Below are positions 46,073-52,764 of a stretch of 52,764 nucleotides of DNA, in pieces (position 1 is the stretch's first letter; every line of letters starts with the position of its first letter). Below the pieces are notes generated by a model. That model made no database searches, had not been told where the DNA came from, and worked only from the letters and a program-made list of their open reading frames with translations. Source of the stretch: a virus (Duplodnaviria > Caudoviricetes); the IMG/VR virus record IMGVR_UViG_3300025133_007827, positions 1 through 52,764 of that record. One strand, written 5' to 3'. The position numbers and the translations under genes were made by a program.

Positions 46073-46984
46073 TTATTTCTCCAACTTTAGTATATTAATA
46101 ATTAATGCCATAAAATTTATCTCCTTATCTACTGCATGAGCATCCTTGTATTGTGCTTCGCTAATCTTTAAAATTGCATCTGGAACCGCATTTGGTGCAT
46201 ACGTATCGACTTCATCATACAGCAGTCTAAACAATTCACTGTAATCTTCGATGTGATTGTCAGCAGTCAGCTGTCTGATGTCTTTGAATGGGTTTCTGCT
46301 AATAAGTAGCTCAATCAACCGTAACTTATAATTTTTTTCTATAATTGATGATGTATCAATTACGAGCTTTTTATCAACGACCTGCCTCTGTGCAGAATTT
46401 ATAACTTGGCGGATATCTGGATATGATGCATTCACCAATACGGCTATCTCATCAATCTGAAAATCTACTCCCTCTCCATGAAGTATCTTGTACAGATGAG
46501 ATCCTACATCCCTCTTGGATGGTGGTGTTATATTGTATGATTGACATCGTGATTGAATTGGATCAATAATCCGCTCAACATAATTACACGTCAATATAAA
46601 TCTCGTATGTTGACTGAAAGTCTCCATGACGTTCCTCAGTGCTGCTTGACTGATAGGTGTCAAATAATCTGATTCATCTAAGATGACAACCTTCAAGGGT
46701 TTAAACCCCACAGAAGAGGCGAAGACCTTAATCTTATCTCTAACGGTGTCTATGTTCCGTTCATCGCTAGCGTTCAGATAGAGATAATCACACTGTATGT
46801 TCTTCACTATGATCTTTGCTAATGTGGTTTTACCGGTTCCAGCTTTGCCATAAAAGAGCAAGTGCGGAATATCTCCACTCTCCAGATATTGAGTAAACTT
46901 TGACTTTAGGTGTTCATTGCCAATGTATCCACTCAGAGTTTCTGGTCTATACTTCTCACACCAAATGTATTGGGTCTGCCCCAT
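46073..46984 (-). CDS. clamp-loader ATPase (T4 gp44/RFC small subunit-like)
   Basis: WCEKYRP, GKAGTGKTT, LNASDER, LDESD, QAALR, SRC. Confidence 0.95.
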   Translation of the reverse strand: MGQTQYIWCEKYRPETLSGYIGNEHLKSKFTQYLESGDIPHLLFYGKAGTGKTTLAKIIVKNIQCDYLYLNASDERNIDTVRDKIKVFASSVGFKPLKVVILDESDYLTPISQAALRNVMETFSQHTRFILTCNYVERIIDPIQSRCQSYNITPPSKRDVGSHLYKILHGEGVDFQIDEIAVLVNASYPDIRQVINSAQRQVVDKKLVIDTSSIIEKNYKLRLIELLISRNPFKDIRQLTADNHIEDYSELFRLLYDEVDTYAPNAVPDAILKISEAQYKDAHAVDKEINFMALIINILKLEK

Positions 46985-47700
46985 CAATCTGTATCCTGTA
47001 GCGCTGTCAGATAATACTCGCTAAAGTAGTCTCCTGAATCAAACACTATATGCGCTAAGCCTTTATCTGAAATTCTCAGTTTGGCTGATTGGCATTCTCT
47101 GTTTGCTGCGAGGATCTCTTTAAAGAAATTAGCATTAAAGGTTTGATTTTTCGATAAAAAGGTTTCATTGGATTTCACCGGAATGGTAACTGTATGTGAA
47201 TTTGTCTTAGAGTGTCCAATCACAATTTTAGTCGATCCATTATATATAACCGTGAAAGTCTCGACATCTGATAATGCTGACTTACCCCTGATGAAAGTAT
47301 TGATAAAGTTGCTGTCTACGTCGATTTCCGTTTCAAATTCTGGAAGGCTTTTTAGATCTGGTGGAGTGAGGAATACACTTAGATCTGCTAGCGCATAACT
47401 CACTTCAGAGTACCCACCAGTGATCTTTAACGCAATTGGTTTTTCATCTATCATGAGTATATTCATATCAAGGTTTCCGTCCATAACACTGAGCAGTCTG
47501 GACAGTAAATTAGTTGAATAAACCCCCAACACAGTATCCTGAAATTGTACGTTCTTCACGAGTACCTTTCCAAGTAAAGCCTTATCTGGTGTCATGAATG
47601 ATGTGTAGAGCTTGTCATCCTTGAAGACCCACTTCACAGAATCGACGGTTCCACCAAGACTGTATTTGAGTATAAAGCGTTCTAATTTAGTCTTATTCAT
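46984..47700 (-). CDS. DNA sliding clamp (T4 gp45-like)
   Basis: 238 aa, two alpha/beta repeats, C-terminal ISDKGL.HI.F......YYL; immediately upstream of the clamp loader. Confidence 0.75.
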   Translation of the reverse strand: MNKTKLERFILKYSLGGTVDSVKWVFKDDKLYTSFMTPDKALLGKVLVKNVQFQDTVLGVYSTNLLSRLLSVMDGNLDMNILMIDEKPIALKITGGYSEVSYALADLSVFLTPPDLKSLPEFETEIDVDSNFINTFIRGKSALSDVETFTVIYNGSTKIVIGHSKTNSHTVTIPVKSNETFLSKNQTFNANFFKEILAANRECQSAKLRISDKGLAHIVFDSGDYFSEYYLTALQDTD

Positions 47701-48187
47701 GCCACATGTCTCCCTCTTCGACATTATAACCACCGGCATACACTCCGGCACTATCACTACTTGCCAATATGAATTGAGCTACCCTAGAATCTCGTTCTAT
47801 CTTAGTCTTACCGATCAAATTATACAAAATCCCACAAACGTGTCCTTTAAAGCCAGAATCATACAGGCCACTCAATACAAATACCCCATTCCGATTCAGT
47901 GTTGATCTCGTCACCAACCATCCAACTACCCCTTCGGGAACTTCCACATAAGCCGGAGAAGTAAAATCATATGCACAATTAGGATCTAATGTCCACAAAC
48001 CACCCTCAGTTTGCATTTCTTTAACTCCTCTGTGGGTCTTCCCATTCCTGTATAAGGTGAATTCTCGATTCTGATTGATTTGTGACAACCCATCAGCTGC
48101 AATGTCTACAGCATTTGGTTGTACATCTTCTTCCGGAATTCCTCTGAGCCATCCTTCCTCTAGAGCTTGTTTTGGATTTATAAACAT
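47693..48187 (-). CDS. dCTP deaminase / trimeric dUTPase family protein
   Basis: QPNAVD, TRSTLNRNG, LYDSGFKG, RVAQ. Confidence 0.85.
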   Translation of the reverse strand: MFINPKQALEEGWLRGIPEEDVQPNAVDIAADGLSQINQNREFTLYRNGKTHRGVKEMQTEGGLWTLDPNCAYDFTSPAYVEVPEGVVGWLVTRSTLNRNGVFVLSGLYDSGFKGHVCGILYNLIGKTKIERDSRVAQFILASSDSAGVYAGGYNVEEGDMWHE

Positions 48188-49077
48188 TATCTGAGTCCTC
48201 CCTCAATCCCTTTATAGATTACTGAAATTGCATCGTGCTTGTGTAACGATTCATGATGTGCACATACGACCGAAAAGTCTAATACTCGATCATCACCGTC
48301 TAAAGCATCATATGCTATCCTGGCGGCATCTTCACAGAACAGTAGGTTCGAGCCATTCAATCGAGCAAATTCTGCTTCATCCTCACGTTTACACATGACG
48401 AGTACCTCTGTCGGTATAGCAGCTCTCATCATCTCAACTAAATCTTCAATCAGTAAAACGTTAGTGGGATCTAATTCCACAGTGACGGTTGCTGTACTGC
48501 GTTGACTGTGAGAAACAACCGGTTCACCGGTTTGTTCTGTCACATACTGCCCCATCTCATAAGAACACGGACAGGCACTGGAATACACATAATCGACTGT
48601 CAAGTATATTTTAACCTGATCATCGTCACCCATACGTCCTTCTAAGACTGAAGAGTAATATTGCCACCCCTCGAGATTTGACCTCAGGGACATTTGCGTC
48701 ATTGGGTAATCAAACCTAAACTTCACATACGACTCTTTAGAATCTAGTTTATCCTTGTAGTCTTTCAAAACATCTTGTAAGAGACTAACACTCAGACTCC
48801 CGTCTATGTGATCATATAGCGTTCTAACTAACCGCGACATGTTGATGCCCTTAGTCTCACTCGTCAGAGACACATATGCAGAAACATTAGTCTTCAGCTT
48901 GATGGGATCCCCACTCCTAGCTCGATATCGAATTGGGATCTCAACTCCCTTCACTCCCACTTTCTGTATGTTAGTTTCTGCTCCCCTAGCACTCAAATAA
49001 TTCTGAACGTCTGGAAGGTTGTCCCAATCTACATTGGTAGGTAGATCAGATTGATGTACTGCGTTTTTATTATTCAT
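48187..49077 (-). CDS. folE2: GTP cyclohydrolase IB (FolE2/MptA)
   Basis: LPDVQ, KVGV, KGINMSRL, SACPCS, HSQRS, KREDE, FCEDAAR, ESLHKHDA; start moved to MNNKN. Confidence 0.93.
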   Translation of the reverse strand: MNNKNAVHQSDLPTNVDWDNLPDVQNYLSARGAETNIQKVGVKGVEIPIRYRARSGDPIKLKTNVSAYVSLTSETKGINMSRLVRTLYDHIDGSLSVSLLQDVLKDYKDKLDSKESYVKFRFDYPMTQMSLRSNLEGWQYYSSVLEGRMGDDDQVKIYLTVDYVYSSACPCSYEMGQYVTEQTGEPVVSHSQRSTATVTVELDPTNVLLIEDLVEMMRAAIPTEVLVMCKREDEAEFARLNGSNLLFCEDAARIAYDALDGDDRVLDFSVVCAHHESLHKHDAISVIYKGIEGGLR

Positions 49078-49081
49078 AGGG

Positions 49082-49906
49082 CTATTCTCCATTATTAATT
49101 GTTGTCCATGCTGCAAAGTTATGGTCGACTGACTTGAGCTCATCGTCCGTCAGGACCTTATTAAAATCTAATTTTTCCATTACGATCTCATCCACATAAC
49201 CATCATGGATCTCATTTCCGGTATACCCATACACGAAAGGCATCGATGTGTCATTTGATCTGATAAATTTATAGTCCTGATCGTAATAGTATTGTAATTC
49301 ATTTACTCCTACATTATCTGAACCCAACAGATGCATCTGTTTTCCAAATACGTCAGGAGTCATCTTGTGCTCATGAAGAAAGTCTATACATTTTATTCTA
49401 CCTCTGCTGCAGTTACCTTCCTCATAATGGTTCCCAACAAAACTTTCCGGGACTGCAAGTTTGGAAAAGCCTATCACGTCAATATCTTCTAACCGCACTA
49501 ATCTTTCATAACAACCTAACCACTCATCTTCTGTTCTACCTTGTGGGATAGCCATGAACCATGTTGAGTCATATCTGTATGGATCCTTCTTCTGTACGTA
49601 TTTCATGAAATCCTTAACTGATGCTACTGTGTCCGGACCATTAAACAGAATGTCGATCGCACATATCTCATCTGGTTCTACCAGCTTGGCTGCATCCAGC
49701 ACAAGGTCCTGTGGTACTCCTCTACCCTCTTCTTCAAACTCAAATGCTGAGTTGTCCATGATTAAGTATTTCTTGGACTTCCTATAAAAGTCCGCATATT
49801 GTTTATCTTTGTGTATCATATGAGCCAGACAAAGATGTCTATCCCCTAGATTGGCATGGCTCTCCAAATGTGGAGTGCTAGTTATCATACAGATGTCAAT
49901 GTTCAA
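49082..49906 (-). CDS. divergent TGT/DpdA-fold protein (putative deazaguanine transglycosylase or deoxyribosyltransferase)
   Basis: TGT-like motifs in the expected order: MDNSAFE, AID, IPQG, MHLLG, SNDTSMP; TTG start with AAGGAGG; embedded in the Que cluster. Confidence 0.65.
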   Translation of the reverse strand: MNIDICMITSTPHLESHANLGDRHLCLAHMIHKDKQYADFYRKSKKYLIMDNSAFEFEEEGRGVPQDLVLDAAKLVEPDEICAIDILFNGPDTVASVKDFMKYVQKKDPYRYDSTWFMAIPQGRTEDEWLGCYERLVRLEDIDVIGFSKLAVPESFVGNHYEEGNCSRGRIKCIDFLHEHKMTPDVFGKQMHLLGSDNVGVNELQYYYDQDYKFIRSNDTSMPFVYGYTGNEIHDGYVDEIVMEKLDFNKVLTDDELKSVDHNFAAWTTINNGE

Positions 49907-50255
49907 TGATTCCTCCTTGTATATCGTCTTCGAAGACAGAAACCTTCCAGTCTCTATATTCACCATATTTCTCGTTAAGTTGTTTAAGTATAGTCTCTGC
50001 TATCATCTCACAGCTAGATGGACCGAATCGCTTTATCCATTTCCCGGGCCACGAATTATGTATTATCTTCATCAACTCTACTCGTAGCATGATGAATTCT
50101 ATTTCTCTATCATGATGTTCGACTCCACACTCAACGTAAAAATGAAAGTCATGATGATGCTCATGTTTAAGAAATCCCACTTCTGGGAAATGTTTGTCTG
50201 CGTCAGGCCAATTATGAGTTCCCAGGACCGTATGTTTTACTTTGATTCTTGCCAT
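49896..50255 (-). CDS. QueD-like T-fold protein, DpdL-like (putative CDG decarboxylase)
   Basis: GxHxW, LKHEHHHDF (near LxxxHRHxF), H.DREIEFI, SCEMIA, VSVFED. Confidence 0.65.
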   Translation of the reverse strand: MARIKVKHTVLGTHNWPDADKHFPEVGFLKHEHHHDFHFYVECGVEHHDREIEFIMLRVELMKIIHNSWPGKWIKRFGPSSCEMIAETILKQLNEKYGEYRDWKVSVFEDDIQGGIIEH

Positions 50256-50833
50256 TCCATTATAACCTCTATTTGATCATACAAATTTTTTAGTGATTTG
50301 CTATTATCAAGTATTGTATCACATTTTTCTTTAGCGGTGGAGTTTACAAAATCCTCAGAGATGTGTTTACTCTGTTCTTCTGTTAATCCTGTTCTACCTT
50401 CAATATAAGCCACATCGCCGCCATTATTCTTGATCCAATCAAATTCAATCTCAAATCTCACATCAGATACAACTATCTTAGGATTATGTTCGGACTTTAA
50501 TTTTAGATTTTCTACCTTTGCTCTTATTGATCTCTCGAGCCAATATGTGTCCGCAATTCTATATCTCATATCCATACCATACAGCTGTAAAAATCTTCTA
50601 ATGGAAAATTTTCCATGATTTACTATCTTAGCGTCCTGCATATCCCATAACGACAGTTCTTTGTTTTTAATAGTTTCAAGGGTCTTCAAATCCATATCAA
50701 GATACTTACATAAATCGACTTTCATGGCGTCAGCTGCTGCAACTCTATGATAACCATAGTTATCAACTAAATAATCAGCTACAGTGTCTTTACCTGAACC
50801 GCCTTTGCCACACATACCAATTATTTTCATCAC
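50237..50833 (-). CDS. deoxynucleoside monophosphate kinase (T4 gp1-like)
   Basis: G..GSGKDT, AD.MK, R.FLQ.YG, VSDVRF..E, H.SE. Confidence 0.9.
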   Translation of the reverse strand: MMKIIGMCGKGGSGKDTVADYLVDNYGYHRVAAADAMKVDLCKYLDMDLKTLETIKNKELSLWDMQDAKIVNHGKFSIRRFLQLYGMDMRYRIADTYWLERSIRAKVENLKLKSEHNPKIVVSDVRFEIEFDWIKNNGGDVAYIEGRTGLTEEQSKHISEDFVNSTAKEKCDTILDNSKSLKNLYDQIEVIMEWQESK

Positions 50834-51588
50834 ACCTCCCTATCTGTATCGAATGCTATAATATGGTCTCTGCCTGTCATCCTGTACCCACGCTCAGCAC
50901 AGAGTTCAAATACCTTTGGATACATCTTTATCAGAGTCTCTCTGGTGTCTCCTGCCGGCATTATATATGTTTTGCTTTTCAGTATACCCAATTTGAGTCT
51001 AAATGCTTCTATCTCGTTGATGTTTTCTTCTGTTCCATCCCATACAGGTTTAAAATGATAATCTGAGTGGTATAATAAAAGTTTTTCAATAGTATCTAAA
51101 TTCAACCGGTATCTGTTATGCGTGTCAACAAATTTTTGGTCCACGACCTTACCTTTTGGTGTAACGGCTCCAATCACTGGAACTGAATTGCTGAACTTGG
51201 GGCTCAGACTGATCAGATCAATTGGTATATCTGTTTTGATCGCATGTGAACCTTCCGTTTCCATTGTGACAAAAATACCACGCTCATGAGCAAACCACAT
51301 CAGATCATTTACTAACTCTGGATGCATGCTTGGTGATCCACCTGTGAGCATCATTTCTTTGATGTGTGGATTATCATCATATATCTTATGAACGTCTCCC
51401 CGTATATAGCGCCCCTTCTCAGGATGGATACTGGTATACCAGCTATCACACCAACCACCTTCTCCAAAATAACATCTATGTGTACATCCTGTTGTTCTTA
51501 CTGCGATGGTTGGTATACCAAATCTGCTACCTTCTGATTGTACACATCTGTACAATTCTAGTATTGGAAGTATTTTATTTCCTGTCAC
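50830..51588 (-). CDS. queE: 7-carboxy-7-deazaguanine synthase (radical SAM)
   Basis: ELY.CVQSEG...G.P...VRTTGC, CTHRCYFGEGGWCD, TGG.P, METEG, SLSPK. Confidence 0.9.
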   Translation of the reverse strand: MTGNKILPILELYRCVQSEGSRFGIPTIAVRTTGCTHRCYFGEGGWCDSWYTSIHPEKGRYIRGDVHKIYDDNPHIKEMMLTGGSPSMHPELVNDLMWFAHERGIFVTMETEGSHAIKTDIPIDLISLSPKFSNSVPVIGAVTPKGKVVDQKFVDTHNRYRLNLDTIEKLLLYHSDYHFKPVWDGTEENINEIEAFRLKLGILKSKTYIMPAGDTRETLIKMYPKVFELCAERGYRMTGRDHIIAFDTDREV

Positions 51589-52097
51589 TATGCACCCTCA
51601 AATAAGTCTTCGTTCCATTCTCTATGTCCTTGACGATACGCCATATTGGTTTGAGTTTCACGTACTTCTACTCTAAAACACCAAAGTCTTTCTGCTTCTC
51701 CTGGTCCCCATCCATCCGGAATGAATACTCCATTTATATACTTGTATAATTGATCGGCTATGGCTTCACATCCAAGGTTTGGTAATATAGTAAGTCTTGC
51801 TAATCCTTGCTTTTCTAATTCTTTATATCGATCCATTTCTGGTTCATCTTCAGCTACTAATAATGTATGATCGAATTGCTCATCAAGAAGTTGTTTAAGT
51901 TCTCTGAGTCCACCATAATCGGCAACCCAATTCCTAACATCTAAATGATCTGTACCAAAATAGAATTTAAAGCTAAAACTATATCCATGGATTACATTAC
52001 AATGACTATCTGCTCTCCATTGTCTATATGCGACTGGAAACTTATCTACATATTCTTTTGTACTAACATATTTGTATGATACTGGTGTTGTATTCAT
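51588..52097 (-). CDS. queD: 6-carboxytetrahydropterin synthase (QueD/PTPS), paralog 2
   Basis: RQWRADSHC..IHGY, WVADYG, FDHTLLV, GCE, VRET. Confidence 0.88.
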   Translation of the reverse strand: MNTTPVSYKYVSTKEYVDKFPVAYRQWRADSHCNVIHGYSFSFKFYFGTDHLDVRNWVADYGGLRELKQLLDEQFDHTLLVAEDEPEMDRYKELEKQGLARLTILPNLGCEAIADQLYKYINGVFIPDGWGPGEAERLWCFRVEVRETQTNMAYRQGHREWNEDLFEGA

Positions 52098-52549
52098 TTT
52101 TGACTCCCTAAATAATATTCAGCCATATTATCGTTGTGTTCCCAAACCTGACATTTATGTATCCTCACTCGACCATCAGTTTCTGCTTGTATTACCTCAT
52201 CAAGTTGGTTTGCTATCAATTCTGCAAACTTCTCGCAACCGACACCACCTTCAAGTATCCTTAGATCAATTATACCACGATTGTGCATTTTCTTAAACAG
52301 TGAAAGTTCCGGATCATCGGATGATACACATGTTGTGTGATCAAACATATCCTTCAACCACTTTTTCACTCCATTACGTTTGAAACATCCAAAATCAATG
52401 ACCCATCCTTTATCATCTAATTCTCCTTCAAACCAAACCTTAAATGCAAATGCATACCCGTGCATCTTACTACAGTGTGAATCAGCCTTCCATTGACGGA
52501 ATGCCGTACTGTATCCTATAAATCGTTTATAACTTCTATACTTTCCCAT
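52094..52549 (-). CDS. queD: 6-carboxytetrahydropterin synthase (QueD/PTPS), paralog 1
   Basis: RQWKADSHC..MHGY, WVIDFG, FDHT, GCEKFA, WEH..N. Confidence 0.9.
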   Translation of the reverse strand: MGKYRSYKRFIGYSTAFRQWKADSHCSKMHGYAFAFKVWFEGELDDKGWVIDFGCFKRNGVKKWLKDMFDHTTCVSSDDPELSLFKKMHNRGIIDLRILEGGVGCEKFAELIANQLDEVIQAETDGRVRIHKCQVWEHNDNMAEYYLGSQK

Positions 52550-52558
52550 AATGTTCTC

Positions 52559-52756
52559 CTATACCGTATTAATGTAGATGGGTGTAAATTCTCCCATATA
52601 AGAACCATCTACGTTGTAATAAAAATGATCATAAGCGTCTTCCTCAGTCATTCCCTCTGATACTAAAATATCAATTATAGCATCTATGGAATATACTGCA
52701 CATCCTTTAGTGGTGTATCCTATGAGGGCTTCATCGAATCCGTCAGCAAACAGCAT
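52559..52756 (-). CDS. conserved phage hypothetical protein (may extend beyond the window)
   Basis: ADGFDEALIG...AVY...GM..EDA...F.YNV.GSY.GE.TP pattern recalled from phage proteins. Confidence 0.7.
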   Translation of the reverse strand: MLFADGFDEALIGYTTKGCAVYSIDAIIDILVSEGMTEEDAYDHFYYNVDGSYMGEFTPIYINTV

Positions 52757-52764
52757 CTCTGCGT

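Noticed and set aside
162-52296. Numerous plus-strand ORFs and short nested minus-strand ORFs in the ORF track
   Set aside because: They lie antisense to or inside well-supported, tightly coupled minus-strand genes and show no recognisable motifs, so they are treated as shadow ORFs.
48187-52549. Queuosine tRNA-modification or folate auxiliary pathway
   Set aside because: No queC/queF/queA or folB/K/P in the window, the TGT-fold protein lacks the tRNA-Tgt Zn domain, and the cluster is fused to DNA replication genes. Not fully excluded, because genes may lie outside the window.

Overview
This is a 52.8 kb segment of a large tailed dsDNA bacteriophage with a T4-like replication module. Essentially every gene is on the minus strand, tightly packed with ATGA/TGATG overlaps, AAGGAG-type Shine-Dalgarno (SD) sites and sigma70-like promoters. 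There are four blocks in transcription order (right to left). (1) ~48.2-52.5 kb: a 7-deazaguanine cluster with two QueD, QueE, a dNMP kinase, a DpdL-like T-fold protein, a divergent TGT/DpdA-fold protein and FolE2; no QueC is present in the window. (2) ~43.4-48.2 kb: a replication core with dCTP deaminase/dUTPase, sliding clamp, two clamp-loader subunits, a Cas4/RecB-like exonuclease and a SLOG protein. (3) ~14.5-43.4 kb: a ~29 kb glycan biosynthesis island of about 30 genes, including GT2/GT4/GT8/GT61/GT-D and unclassified glycosyltransferases, 2 DegT aminotransferases, 3 SDR epimerases/dehydratases, WbqC, deacetylases, methyl- and sulfotransferases and an AT-rich kinase-aldolase/nucleotidyltransferase cassette; TA-rich elements bracket it. 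(4) 0.1-14.5 kb: small early-type genes, DNA ligase, ClpP, MazG, DenV, a phosphoribosyltransferase, a thermonuclease, a SET-domain protein and several exported proteins, plus repeated promoters and a candidate structured RNA leader. I recognised no tRNA, rRNA, CRISPR array, integrase or major virion gene. All calls come from motif recognition by eye with no database search. Several start codons were moved from the ORF track to fit gene overlaps and SD sites.
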